Shown here: piece after piece, positions 51,195-62,206 of the stretch | Layout of the letters: every line of letters starts with the position of its first letter | Numbering within the stretch: position 1 is the first letter of the stretch | Source: Candidatus Bathyarchaeota archaeon | GTDB lineage: Archaea > Thermoproteota > Bathyarchaeia > Bathyarchaeales > Bathycorpusculaceae | Direction: 5' to 3' | DNA length: 64,000 nucleotides | Assembly (NCBI GenBank): GCA_963827165.1 | Contig: CAWGZR010000009.1 | Location: 160,001-224,000 of the forward strand | The notes under the pieces: generated by a model | What the model was told of the DNA's origin: nothing | The model's input: only the letters and a program-made list of their open reading frames with translations | Databases searched by the model: none | Program-made: the position numbers and the translations under genes

Positions 51195-53258
51195 CTAAAC
51201 GGGAGCAAATCGGGGTTTGATAAGCAGCACGTCTTCAATATAAGCTCTCAGCGGTTCAGCGACGCTCCACGCTTGTGCGATGCATCCTTCAGCCGAGTTA
51301 GGCGGGTCAGCGTCACAGATTTCGCCTATTAAGCCGAGTCCTGCCTGTTTGATTCCATCGTTGAAGAATGGTTCCAGAAGCTCTCTCTGCAGTTGTCCAC
51401 GAGAACTTTCGTTGTGGTTTTGGGTCTTGAGGTAAGCGGAAATGTAGGGTCCCAGCAACCAGGGCCAGATTGTTCCATTGTGGTAAGCCCGATCTCTGGT
51501 GTTTCGATCGCCCAGATATTTCCCCGTGTACTTTGCGTCACTCTTTGAAAGCGTCCTCAAACCGTAAGACGTCACAAACTCTCGGGCAACAACGTCAACT
51601 ATACTTTGCCAACGGGCGCGGTCGAGTATGGGGAAGTCAAGTGAAACAGCTAGAACCTGGTTAGGGCGAAGAGATGCATCAACTCCATGCGCATCCAGAA
51701 CATCAAAGAGGCAACCCAACGGTGGGTTCCAGAATTTGCTGTTGAAGCTTTCATAAGCCCTCTTCGCCAAAGAGCTGTACCTTTCAGCCAAAGGTTTTTC
51801 CCCGAATTTCTCCGCAAGCAACCGCATCGTACATAACGCGTTGTACCAGAGCGCTTGGATTTCAACGGCTTTCCCAGCCCGAGGGGTCACGGCTTCCCCG
51901 TTGACTTCCGCATCCATCCATGTGAGCCTTGCCCCATGCGTTAGCAAGCCGTCGGTGTCCATGCAGATGTCAAAGTTTGTGCCGTGCTGGTGGCTGCTAA
52001 TTATCTCTTGGAGTTTGCTCCACAGCGTGGTTTGCACGAATTGGTAGTCGCCTGTGTACTTGAGGTACTTTAGGATGGCGTTGATGTACCAGAGCGTGCC
52101 GTCGACGGTGTTGTAAGCAGGTTCACCCGACGTGTCAGCGACGTAGTTGGGAATAAGCCCGCCTTTGCAGAATCTCATGTAAGCTTCCAGAATGTCTCGC
52201 GCAGCGTTGAATCTGCCAGCAACGAGCAGCAACCCAGGCAATGAAACAAACGTATCCCGCCCCCACGATTCAAACCAATGGTAACCGGCAATAACGGACT
52301 TTTTGCTTGAGGAATCAGCAACGACGAAAGAGTCGGCGGCTAAAAAAATCCAGCTGAGCCAGTCGCTTAAAGGAATCTCGGATTCCAAACCATAGATGCC
52401 ATAAAGCAGATTTCTCTTCTGTGACTGCTCCCGATAAAAGGATAATTCAACATCAGTGATCGAGGCGCCGATGGAATCCAGAGTTTTCAGAGCCACTTGA
52501 TTGCTCACGTCTGCTGCCGATGAGACGGCGAATTCCTTAGCTTCCTGAGATGAAACATGAAACTCGAAAAAGCCGGGCTGGAAACAATCATCGACGTTTG
52601 CTTCACCTCTTGCAGCTTCCACCCGATATCTCAAGCCGTCTATCCAGTTGACTTCTTCATGGAACTCGCCGTCTGTTGCTCGGCACAAGAGCGCAACGGC
52701 AGGGTTCTGGAAGGTTAATTCTGTCCCTTGGCGGCTGCTTCTCTGCGTGAAATGCAACGAATTTTCTTTTCTCCTAGTAACAGTGTGGAAGTGTCGGCAG
52801 GTTAACATAGGGTAAATGCGGATCTTAGCCTCTTCGACGCTTCGATTCAAGACTTTGTAGATTACGGAAATCGCGTTCTTACCTTTCAACATAAAAACTG
52901 TTTTTCCAACCTCGACGGCGCCAACGTTGTAACTGAATGTTGGGAAAGGCGAGGTTGAAAAAGCCGTTTGAAAAGCATAGCCCTGAGGGTAAATAGATTC
53001 TTCAAACTCGTTAGAGCCCAACCTGTAAACTTCGCCGCCGACGAAAATGTCCTCGTCAATCTTTGACAGGCAAACCGTGCGTTCACCAGGCGGACGGAGC
53101 GCCGCAACCAGCAAGCCGTGATATTTCCTCGTATTAATCCCTAAAATGGTGCTTGACGCATAGCCGCCTAACCCGTTAGTTATGAGCCACTCCTTGCCTA
53201 GAGCCTCGCTGAAGCGGGAAAGCTCCTGTTGATTGAAGGCTAAGGCGGGCAGTTTCAT
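51195..53258 (-). CDS. Glycogen debranching enzyme (amylo-alpha-1,6-glucosidase)
   Basis: EWLITNGLGGYAS, AGYHWFESWGRDT, TWMDA, YHNGTIWPW and QAWSVAE. Confidence 0.93.
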   Translation of the reverse strand: MKLPALAFNQQELSRFSEALGKEWLITNGLGGYASSTILGINTRKYHGLLVAALRPPGERTVCLSKIDEDIFVGGEVYRLGSNEFEESIYPQGYAFQTAFSTSPFPTFSYNVGAVEVGKTVFMLKGKNAISVIYKVLNRSVEEAKIRIYPMLTCRHFHTVTRRKENSLHFTQRSSRQGTELTFQNPAVALLCRATDGEFHEEVNWIDGLRYRVEAARGEANVDDCFQPGFFEFHVSSQEAKEFAVSSAADVSNQVALKTLDSIGASITDVELSFYREQSQKRNLLYGIYGLESEIPLSDWLSWIFLAADSFVVADSSSKKSVIAGYHWFESWGRDTFVSLPGLLLVAGRFNAARDILEAYMRFCKGGLIPNYVADTSGEPAYNTVDGTLWYINAILKYLKYTGDYQFVQTTLWSKLQEIISSHQHGTNFDICMDTDGLLTHGARLTWMDAEVNGEAVTPRAGKAVEIQALWYNALCTMRLLAEKFGEKPLAERYSSLAKRAYESFNSKFWNPPLGCLFDVLDAHGVDASLRPNQVLAVSLDFPILDRARWQSIVDVVAREFVTSYGLRTLSKSDAKYTGKYLGDRNTRDRAYHNGTIWPWLLGPYISAYLKTQNHNESSRGQLQRELLEPFFNDGIKQAGLGLIGEICDADPPNSAEGCIAQAWSVAEPLRAYIEDVLLIKPRFAPV

Positions 53259-53259
53259 T

Positions 53260-54141
53260 TTATGGCATCAGCTTTGCAATATTCTTGTCGCGTGGAGCGC
53301 AGAAATAGTTAGCCACGGGAACACATTTTGTTCTGAACAGAAGCAAATGCGGTTTGTTCAGTTTGTATTCAGTGAGGGTTTCAGCGTAACCCATACCTTT
53401 CGCGAAAATTAACTCTGCCGCGTTATAGACTTTGAGGAATTCGGGTGAAACTTCTTTCTTTAGCAGCCCAACCGCATCTGTCCCAGTAGTCAAAACAGCG
53501 TCTGCGATAGCGCCCATGCCTGACAACTCAACGTCATCCATAGTTGCGTCGTTGATGACTGCGCCGCCTTTAACCACGTAAGTCACTTTTAGACCCATGT
53601 TCTTGAGCTGCTCAACAAGCAACGTATCAAAAACGATTTCTCCAGCATTATCCGCTAAATAGAGCACGCTGTCAGCATTTTTCGCTATCTCATATGCACG
53701 GTCAATGTCGTCGATAAAGAGGTCTTTGCTTGCTTCCCGGATACATGCGGCTAAACTGTCAAGTGTGAATTTGTGACCTGGAATGTCAAACTCCATAATG
53801 TTTCCCACTATAGCACATAGGCAAGCCTTCTTGAAACGTTCCTGCTGGCTATATCCTGCATCGACAAACTTGCGCGCATGCGGTAGCAGTTTTAGAGCTT
53901 TCTCGTTAGCGGCTTTCTTGGTTCTGCTGTAGGGATCGATGTTGCCTGTTAACTCTTTGATTATTCGGTCCCGTTTCGTGCCTAGATCAGCAGCTACTGA
54001 AGACGATTTGAATTCCCGGTTCAGAAGACGAACCACCTCCGCGAGACATCGGAAACGAAGAGCGGGGTTTGTCGTTGCCTGATAAGTTTCGGTTTGGGCC
54101 CGAGAAAGCAGGCATGATTCGCATTCAGGTTCAACTTTCAA
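53260..54141 (-). CDS. DUF89/ARMT1-like damage-control phosphatase
   Basis: ECESC, GNIMEF, DNAGEIVFD, INDAT and KGMGYAE. Confidence 0.9.
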   Translation of the reverse strand: MKVEPECESCLLSRAQTETYQATTNPALRFRCLAEVVRLLNREFKSSSVAADLGTKRDRIIKELTGNIDPYSRTKKAANEKALKLLPHARKFVDAGYSQQERFKKACLCAIVGNIMEFDIPGHKFTLDSLAACIREASKDLFIDDIDRAYEIAKNADSVLYLADNAGEIVFDTLLVEQLKNMGLKVTYVVKGGAVINDATMDDVELSGMGAIADAVLTTGTDAVGLLKKEVSPEFLKVYNAAELIFAKGMGYAETLTEYKLNKPHLLLFRTKCVPVANYFCAPRDKNIAKLMP

Positions 54142-54155
54142 GGCTAATCACATAT

Positions 54156-54872
<717 letters not shown>

Positions 54873-54917
54873 CTAATAATATTTGCCGTTGATTCGGCTA
54901 GCGAGAAGCTTGTCTTA

Positions 54918-56597
54918 TTAGGCGGAGGCTTTAACTTGAATTGCAGTTTTTTTGACCATTGGTTCGGTCAGCATGCCGATGAGTTGTCCATTTTTGACTA
55001 AGGCAGCCCGTTTCATTCCCTTTTCCGTCATAATCTTCATGGCGCTAATCATAGTCTCGTCATCCTGCAAATTAATCAGGGGTGTGAAATTGAGGTCTTT
55101 CGCTAGTGTTTTCTCAGGGTTTTTTCGGCTATCAACAATATCCTTCAGAAGGTCGCGGTCGTTAAGCACGCCAACTGGCTTTTGCTGCTCAGTTATCAAA
55201 ACCGAGTTCACTCCGTTCTTGAACATTTTGTCGACAATCATCGCGACTGTATCGTTTGTTGAAATTGTAACTGCTGGAAGTTTGGTCCCGGCTTGGCTGC
55301 TGACTTCTTGGATATCGATCCCTCTTTTCCAAATGTCACTGAGCATTTCACTGACTCTTTCTATCTGGCTGGGGTCAGTCGAGTAGAATGTATCGATTAA
55401 ATAGAATGGGACTTCAGACCCGAAGTCGTTCAGCGGCGGCATCTTAAACATGAAAAGGTGTTTGTTGTCAACGAGCATCATAGTAAGGTAGCTGATTGGA
55501 ACATGTTTTATTTCGTAGCGTGTCGCGAGTTTCTGTGCAGGTTCAAGGTTATCAAGATCGATTGAAGCCATCACGCGAACCTTCAACCCTTTCTTAAAAT
55601 ATTCCATCAGCGGGTCTTCTTCTGCCAAGCTGTTGATGCCTTGCGAGGATGTGATTACGACGATGTCTTTTTTAGCTGCGTCGAGAACCTTCTTGACTTT
55701 GCTCCAAGCTTCGTCAGCATCTTTGATCACCAGTGTTTCGCCTATCGGGATTCCGCTTTTGATCTCTTCAATTCTTCTTGATGCCTCGATGCCTGACTGC
55801 CACATCTGGCCAAAGAAAGCCTTGAGCACCGAAATGAACATCTTGTCGTTGATCCATAGGCCTTCATCTTCCAGATTCAACACTGAGGCTTCATTGCCAA
55901 AGGGAGCGTAAAGCATGGCTTCTTCTTCATCTTTTATTAAGAATCTTGGGAAGAACTTTGACGTCATCCCGACGTGGCGAAGTTTCATGGTAAGTTTGTC
56001 TTCTGTGACGGTTCGATCTATTCTTTCCACTGTTTTGTAGTTTTCCGGGGAGATGTCGGTTATTACTTGCACCTGTATGTTGCGGTCCTGTGTGGCGCTT
56101 ATGGCTGCGTCGAAGACTCCTGCTATGTCTTCCTGAATTAAGCCTAAAGAAGTTGTTAATATGATTGCTTCGTGGTTCGATTCCTCGATCATGGAGAGCA
56201 TTTTTGAATGAATCTTTTTCTTGCCTGTAATGATTGAGAATTTAGCTACTGGGTACTCCGACTCGGGCGCGCTGATTGACTGCCAAGCTGTCAGCAACGT
56301 TTGTTTCTGGTCATTAAGGTTAGTGACCTCGTTCTTTTTCGCGGTGATGAACGAGTCGACGAGGGCTTCAAAAGCGACGATGGTGAACCGAGTGGGCCGC
56401 TCCAGGGTGGCTTCGATGAAGCCTTTCTCCTGCAGTTTTTTGAAAGTGCGGTAGGCTTGGACCCGCTCCATCTTGAGCCTCTTCGCGACGAAGCTAGTGG
56501 ATTGTACCCCGCTTTTCGCTAAGAACATATAAACCTGTATTTCCCTCTTTGAAAGACCCAGGATTTGGAGGAACCGCGTAACATCTTTTTCGCTCAT
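54918..56597 (-). CDS. TrmB-family regulator with two effector-binding domains and a C-terminal CBS pair
   Basis: LGLSKREIQVY...KKLQEKGFIE HTH, two PLD-like effector domains (FLIKDEEE, MLVDNKH) and CBS motifs (KPVGVLNDRDL, LIGMLT). Confidence 0.85.
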   Translation of the reverse strand: MSEKDVTRFLQILGLSKREIQVYMFLAKSGVQSTSFVAKRLKMERVQAYRTFKKLQEKGFIEATLERPTRFTIVAFEALVDSFITAKKNEVTNLNDQKQTLLTAWQSISAPESEYPVAKFSIITGKKKIHSKMLSMIEESNHEAIILTTSLGLIQEDIAGVFDAAISATQDRNIQVQVITDISPENYKTVERIDRTVTEDKLTMKLRHVGMTSKFFPRFLIKDEEEAMLYAPFGNEASVLNLEDEGLWINDKMFISVLKAFFGQMWQSGIEASRRIEEIKSGIPIGETLVIKDADEAWSKVKKVLDAAKKDIVVITSSQGINSLAEEDPLMEYFKKGLKVRVMASIDLDNLEPAQKLATRYEIKHVPISYLTMMLVDNKHLFMFKMPPLNDFGSEVPFYLIDTFYSTDPSQIERVSEMLSDIWKRGIDIQEVSSQAGTKLPAVTISTNDTVAMIVDKMFKNGVNSVLITEQQKPVGVLNDRDLLKDIVDSRKNPEKTLAKDLNFTPLINLQDDETMISAMKIMTEKGMKRAALVKNGQLIGMLTEPMVKKTAIQVKASA

Positions 56598-56730
56598 CAG
56601 GCAACCGCCGTCTAAAACTCGCTGTTTTCCCAAAATAGGGATGTGACTTCCCACTAATATAACTAATGTTTTCTTGTAGACTTTTCACCTAGCTACATGA
56701 CTACAAATCGAGTTTTGCGTCGTAATAAAC

Positions 56731-57393
56731 TTAATTAAGGGTTTTCTGCATTGTGCCCCTCTCGCTTTTCGCTCTTTTCGCGGGTTTCCATGATTTGCGC
56801 ACAAAACTCGGGAAGTCATCATTGTGTTCCAGCAACGAGCGGAGGAAAACCATTGTTTTTTCGTCAGTTAAGTATCCGCTACCGAAGTCACCCCACTGTG
56901 CCCTAAGAGCCGCGACTTCCCTGTCGCGCTCGACTTTCGCAATTATAGATGCGGCTGAAACAACAGGGTAAAGTCTGTCGGCTTTGTGCCGTGATATGAT
57001 GCGGGTTTTGATTTTAAGGCATTCTCGTATATGATTTCCGAATCTGTGTTCAACAGTGTCTGCCGCATCAACGTAAACTTCGTCAGGCGCCAACTCCTCG
57101 ATGATCTGCGCCATGATCTGAGCCTCCAAACGGTTAAGTTTATGCAGCCGCCTTGCACTCGAGACCGCCACATCGATCTGGCTCGGAGGCACCTTAATCG
57201 TCATGTATTTTTGGGTTAGTTGCAAGATTGCAGGATAGAGCAGTTCCCGTTTTTGGGGCGTTAGCAACTTGGAGTCTTTTACGCCAAGCTCGACGAGAAT
57301 CGGCAAAACCTCAGCTTTAACCATGACGCCGGCAACAACCAAAGGTCCCACGACGCATCCGCGCCCCGCCTCATCAACACCAGCAATCAAATC
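56731..57393 (-). CDS. rnhB: Ribonuclease HII
   Basis: GVDEAGRG, VKDSK, VSAASIIAKV and DFGSGY. Confidence 0.95.
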   Translation of the reverse strand, partial: DLIAGVDEAGRGCVVGPLVVAGVMVKAEVLPILVELGVKDSKLLTPQKRELLYPAILQLTQKYMTIKVPPSQIDVAVSSARRLHKLNRLEAQIMAQIIEELAPDEVYVDAADTVEHRFGNHIRECLKIKTRIISRHKADRLYPVVSAASIIAKVERDREVAALRAQWGDFGSGYLTDEKTMVFLRSLLEHNDDFPSFVRKSWKPAKRAKSERGTMQKTLN

Positions 57394-57650
57394 CCTACCC
57401 AAACCCCACCACTCAATAACAAAAGCCATCACCGAACTAAGCTATAACAGTTTTCCAAAAGCTGAGACTAAAAGAGAAATAGGCCAGAACGCAATTTTTG
57501 GTTGTTTTATTTTTTGTTTAGAATCAAAATCAAGCTCGACAGGATATATTTTCCGAAAGTGAATGAATAATTCGCTAACAAAGCAGACCTAAACTCCTTC
57601 ATACCTAACATGCAGCGCAATTCGTCTCCTCCTGTGTTTCCAGGCGAAAA

Positions 57651-59012
57651 TTACGTTGCTTTGAAGTTTTCGAAATGAGTTTTGTAATTGCTTTGTTTCC
57701 ACAAAGCATCGTACGATGAGCCGACAGGGTCAAGTTGTTGCACGTCACAGACTAAACTGTCGGGAACAATCAGAACCAAAAAGAAAAACTCCCCGTATTG
57801 CCTACGGAACAACCCCAGCTTAAACAAAAACTCCTCTAAACCGCTCTTCACCCCGTGCGGCTCAAGCAGAACCTTCTTTCCAGAATATGTTAAACGAGGC
57901 AGAAGAAAATCAGGTTTATACGTCATCAACCTGGAGCCTCTAACGTCAAAGCAGGGAAGAGAGAACTCCATGAATTCATAGTTGAAAACTACCTGCTTAC
58001 TCTTTAAAAACTCATAAACCTCGGTTTCCAACCCAGTAAAGGCACCCGGCTGAATCAACTCTCCAATCCGATTGTAACGATAGATTACAGTCAAATACCT
58101 CATCAATGGCACAGATGTTTCCAGGTGCTTTTTAATGAAGAATCTCAGAGATTTCTCAATAGAGGTGGGCGTCAAATCAGAGTATTCAAGCCAACTGCCC
58201 AAGATGAAAAAGGGAAAATCAACAATCGTCGGATCCTCGGGAAACAGCATTTTCGCGAATAAAGTGAAACGCTCCGTGTCCCTGTCAAACTCGGCAGTAC
58301 TGCTCCACCAGCTCAGCGGACGATTTTTTACGCTCAACCCAAATGGCAAATTTTCGTTTTCGCTCAAACCCAGAGCTACGAACACTCTTAGTTTTGGAGT
58401 AGTCAACGGCACCATCAAGTCCTTAGGGTCGAAAGCAAATAGTCCAAGGTCAGGAGGGTGACGCACCATCCAGCGCAGGTACAGCCAGGTTTTTGATGTG
58501 TGCTGCTTGTTCATCCGTTTGACGCTAAAAGCGAGTTGTTTCGCAAAATCCTTTGGCTTCAGCCCTTTGCGACTCATAACCGACGCATACTTTATTAGGT
58601 CGCCGTTTGCTTTCTGCGCAATAAACTTGTTAACTGAGCATAGCACTTCAGGAATTTCGGTTTTTGTTTCTCCAAGCTTATCGAAATGCTTTGTTTTCTC
58701 TTCAAACCTGCGAATCTCGGTCTTGAATTCTTCAGCAGTCTCCCAGGCATACAACTTGTTTCCTAAAGCGTTGTGAAAATGGTTAAGAAGCAATCGGATG
58801 TTACGCGGGTTTCCCGTAAGGTGGTTGTCACTCAAAGCGGCTGCCAACAGAAAATATTTTGCTGCTTCTTTCTTGGCTTCGTGGTTTATCAGTGGCGTGA
58901 ACCAAAATTTTGGTTCCAGCTCTGAGTCAAGCTCTAAATCGACTATGTTGCTGTAGCATTGAACAAACTGAACAGTTAGGTTTCGTAACTCTTCAGGTAC
59001 CTCTTGAGCCAT
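57651..59012 (-). CDS. TIGR02757/DUF2400-like HhH domain fused to a PD-(D/E)XK-like nuclease domain
   Basis: LYLRWMVRHPPDLGLF...DLMVPL and DP..VDF in the first domain. C-terminal LETEVYEFL...YKPDFLL...VLLEPHG. Confidence 0.6.
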   Translation of the reverse strand: MAQEVPEELRNLTVQFVQCYSNIVDLELDSELEPKFWFTPLINHEAKKEAAKYFLLAAALSDNHLTGNPRNIRLLLNHFHNALGNKLYAWETAEEFKTEIRRFEEKTKHFDKLGETKTEIPEVLCSVNKFIAQKANGDLIKYASVMSRKGLKPKDFAKQLAFSVKRMNKQHTSKTWLYLRWMVRHPPDLGLFAFDPKDLMVPLTTPKLRVFVALGLSENENLPFGLSVKNRPLSWWSSTAEFDRDTERFTLFAKMLFPEDPTIVDFPFFILGSWLEYSDLTPTSIEKSLRFFIKKHLETSVPLMRYLTVIYRYNRIGELIQPGAFTGLETEVYEFLKSKQVVFNYEFMEFSLPCFDVRGSRLMTYKPDFLLPRLTYSGKKVLLEPHGVKSGLEEFLFKLGLFRRQYGEFFFLVLIVPDSLVCDVQQLDPVGSSYDALWKQSNYKTHFENFKAT

Positions 59013-59188
59013 AAGCGCTGAATTGGTCGCTTCTAGCTTAATTGCTTTTTCAACGCAACTCTGAAATGCAACTTGGATCGTGCTTTCTCCTTTTTCAGCT
59101 GATCAGCCTTTTGTGGGGCCAAAAATAAGAAGCCGTATAAACCAGCCGAAAAATACTCCTGTTATCTGGTTGGCGGTTGGTTTAAGCT

Positions 59189-60919
59189 ATGAACAGAAAA
59201 ATGTTAATCTTCCTTTGTATGCTGATTCTTCTATCAAGCATTGCTGTTCCAATGTTTTTAGGAATATTTCAAGCTGCGAACGCACAGAGCAGCGATTCAA
59301 GCAGCGACCCAAACTCATCGCTCATGTTTCACAGCGATCTAAGCCACACGGGCGCCTCCGAATCTCCTGCACCCCAAACTAATGTAACCTCATGGATTTA
59401 CATGGTGGGGGGCAATGTGACCGGTTCCCCAGCCGTCGCCAATGGGGTCCTTTACGTCGGCTCATACGACCATAATATGTACGCTTTCAATGCCAAAACA
59501 GGCACCAAGATATGGAATTTCACGACTGGGAACGTTGTGGGTTCTTCGCCAGCCGTTGCAGGTTCGACGGTCTACTTTGGGTCGTGGGATGATAATGTTT
59601 ACGCTTTGAACGCCGTTAATGGAGCAAAGATTTGGTCATTCGCCACGGGCGCTCCCGTCTTTTCGTCGCCCGCGGTTGTAGGAGGAGTAGTTTATGTGGG
59701 CTCGCAGGACGATAACCTTTATGCATTGAATGCTTCAACGGGTCAACCAATATGGACGTTCACAACTAGAGGCCAAGTGTGGTCTTCTCCCGCGATTGCA
59801 AACGGTATAGTTTACATCGGCTCTTACGACAACAACATCTACGCTTTGAATGCAACGACCGGGAACGAAATCTGGAATTTCACAACAGGTGGAGAAGTGT
59901 ATTCGTCGCCTGCAGTTTCAAATGGAATGCTCTACGTAGGGTCAGACGACCATAATGTTTACGGCATAAACGCAGCAACCGGCAATCCGATATGGAGATA
60001 CACGACGGGCGATACAATATGGTCTTCTCCCGCCGTTTCAAACGGAATTGTCTACATAGGTTCAAACGACCGTAGCGTTTACGCTCTGGACGCTACTACC
60101 GGGAGAAAAATCTGGAGTTATACAACGATCGCTGCAGTAGCCTCCTCCCCATCTGTCGCGGGCGGAACAGTTTTCGTGGGCACAGACGAAGATTACCTTT
60201 ATTCTTTGAACGGAGCAACAGGCGTTTTAAATTGGTGGCTTGTTACGGGTGGGGTAAGTTGCGCCCCTGCGGTTGCGGGCGGTGAGGTTTATGTTGGTAC
60301 ATGGGAACATGAAGTTTTTGCTATTGGCGGCTCACCAATGGCGACGGCTACCCCAACAGAAACCCCTGTTCCGGCTTCGAATTCAACCTCGATTGCTCCG
60401 AACCCAACTCCGATTCCGACTCCCGCTCCATCAATGGCGCCAACAACGGTACAGGCAATCACAACAAGCGGTTCGACCATTGACCTGTCTTTAAGCGGAA
60501 ACATAACAAGTACCCAAATAAACAACGCCACAATCACACAAAACCAATCAGCCGCCTCAACAATCGTCTCCTTCACCGTAACAGGAACAAGCGGCACCAC
60601 AGGCTTCGGGAACATAACGATCCCAAAAACAGCGGTCCCATATGGAACAACACCCAAAATCTACATCGACGGACAGCAAACCCAAAACCAAGGCTATACC
60701 CAAGACAGCAGCAACTACTACGTCTGGTACACCACACATTTTAGCACACACCAAATATCAATCGTTTTCGCAAGCGCACCTTCAGGGTCCAAGGGAGCTA
60801 CAAGTACACTAGGTTTAGTCTACGGCGCAGTAGCAGGCATAGCAGTCGTAGCGATAGTTATCGTTGCCCTTACGCTATTAATAAACTCTCGAAGAGACAA
60901 AGGCTCGCAAGAGGATTAA
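59189..60919 (+). CDS. Secreted PQQ-binding-like (BamB-type) beta-propeller protein with TM anchor
   Basis: Eight ~40-aa repeats SSPAV.NG.VY.GS.D.N.YALNA.TG..IW, a Pro/Thr linker, a C-terminal beta domain and a TM helix. Confidence 0.9.
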   Translation: MNRKMLIFLCMLILLSSIAVPMFLGIFQAANAQSSDSSSDPNSSLMFHSDLSHTGASESPAPQTNVTSWIYMVGGNVTGSPAVANGVLYVGSYDHNMYAFNAKTGTKIWNFTTGNVVGSSPAVAGSTVYFGSWDDNVYALNAVNGAKIWSFATGAPVFSSPAVVGGVVYVGSQDDNLYALNASTGQPIWTFTTRGQVWSSPAIANGIVYIGSYDNNIYALNATTGNEIWNFTTGGEVYSSPAVSNGMLYVGSDDHNVYGINAATGNPIWRYTTGDTIWSSPAVSNGIVYIGSNDRSVYALDATTGRKIWSYTTIAAVASSPSVAGGTVFVGTDEDYLYSLNGATGVLNWWLVTGGVSCAPAVAGGEVYVGTWEHEVFAIGGSPMATATPTETPVPASNSTSIAPNPTPIPTPAPSMAPTTVQAITTSGSTIDLSLSGNITSTQINNATITQNQSAASTIVSFTVTGTSGTTGFGNITIPKTAVPYGTTPKIYIDGQQTQNQGYTQDSSNYYVWYTTHFSTHQISIVFASAPSGSKGATSTLGLVYGAVAGIAVVAIVIVALTLLINSRRDKGSQED

Positions 60920-60926
60920 GCCAACC

Positions 60927-61967
60927 CTAAAGTTTTATTATTCCTTTTAGGCTTTCGGCAGCGGTTTCGGGTGTCACAGTGTTAATGAAGATTCCCGCTG
61001 TGATTTCGAAGCCTGCCCAAGTCGACAGTTTCGGCTGGACCTCCAAATGCCAATGATAAAAGTCCTCGGCGTCTTTGGTTAGGGCTAAGTGGAACCCGTA
61101 ATTGTAGGGCGGATCATTAACCAAATCCTTCAGTGCCTTAAGGCTCTCCTTGAGGGTTTTAGCGAACTCTGCTACTTCGATGTCGCTGAGTTGAAGTGGG
61201 TTTGGAGCGTGTTTTCTGGGCACGATCCAAAATTCCATCGGATCGATGCTGGCGTAAGGAGCAAAAACCACGAAGTCATCGCCGTTATAGATGAACCTTG
61301 GACCTTTGGTTTCTTGCTCGATTATGTCGCAGAAAACACATCGCCCGTGTTCAGCGAAGAATTTCTTGCTGGCGGTAATCTCTTCTTGAATCATCGGCGG
61401 AACCATCGGCGTGGCAATCATTTGACTGTGCGCGTGGCTAAGAGATGCACCTGCCTCTTGGCCGTAATTGCGGAAAATCGAAACGTACTTCACATATGGT
61501 TTCGCGCTCATTCCTCTGAGCCTGTCGAGGTACGCGTGGATAACCAGCTCAAGCTGAGGCAAATCTGCATCAGCGGGATTTTCATCGTGGTTCGGCGACT
61601 CAATAATAACTTCGTGCTGCCCGATTGCGTTGCCCAAGAATTCGCTTGAAAAGATTTGCTCCGCGTCCTGCGGCTGTTTTGGTGGGCTGAAAGCTGGGAA
61701 AAGGTTTGGAATGCAGCGGACAAGCCAGTTCTTTGGGCGTTCGCCGACAGAAGGGTCCTGGGCTACATGGACTTCGCCGTCGCCTTTTAGATACAACATT
61801 ACGGCTGGAGGCGTCATGGACTCGTTCCCTACACACATCGGGCAAACCGCCGGCTTTGCATTTTCAGTCTTCTTCTTAACAAAATCAGTCGGACGCCGAC
61901 CCCGCTCAGTCGCAATAACAACCCAACGGTTCAATAAATAATCTTTCCTAAGCTCATTATATGGCAT
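60927..61967 (-). CDS. galT: Galactose-1-phosphate uridylyltransferase family protein
   Basis: ELRKD, CPMCVGNE, NYGQEAGASLSHAHSQ and AGFE. Confidence 0.9.
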   Translation of the reverse strand: MPYNELRKDYLLNRWVVIATERGRRPTDFVKKKTENAKPAVCPMCVGNESMTPPAVMLYLKGDGEVHVAQDPSVGERPKNWLVRCIPNLFPAFSPPKQPQDAEQIFSSEFLGNAIGQHEVIIESPNHDENPADADLPQLELVIHAYLDRLRGMSAKPYVKYVSIFRNYGQEAGASLSHAHSQMIATPMVPPMIQEEITASKKFFAEHGRCVFCDIIEQETKGPRFIYNGDDFVVFAPYASIDPMEFWIVPRKHAPNPLQLSDIEVAEFAKTLKESLKALKDLVNDPPYNYGFHLALTKDAEDFYHWHLEVQPKLSTWAGFEITAGIFINTVTPETAAESLKGIIKL

Positions 61968-62206
61968 GATAAGCACCCCGAAAAACAAAGGCGGTGAACC
62001 ATTTTAGAGTTTCCCAAAAAGAAAATCACGGGTCTTAAGGTTGTCTCTGTTTTTCATTTATCGTAAAATGAGTTCTTTTATCCAAAACCATATCTAAATT
62101 TTTTTTTCGGGCAACGTTCAGGGTTCAAACCACAAATGGGAAGGTAAAGCATATATCTGTAAACTTATCTGTGTTATTTTTCACTTAACTTGTTACTGGC
62201 GAAAAA

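Noticed and set aside
61089-61649. 186-aa plus-strand ORF and similar antisense ORFs throughout the track
   Set aside because: They lie fully opposite well-supported genes and have no recognisable motifs.
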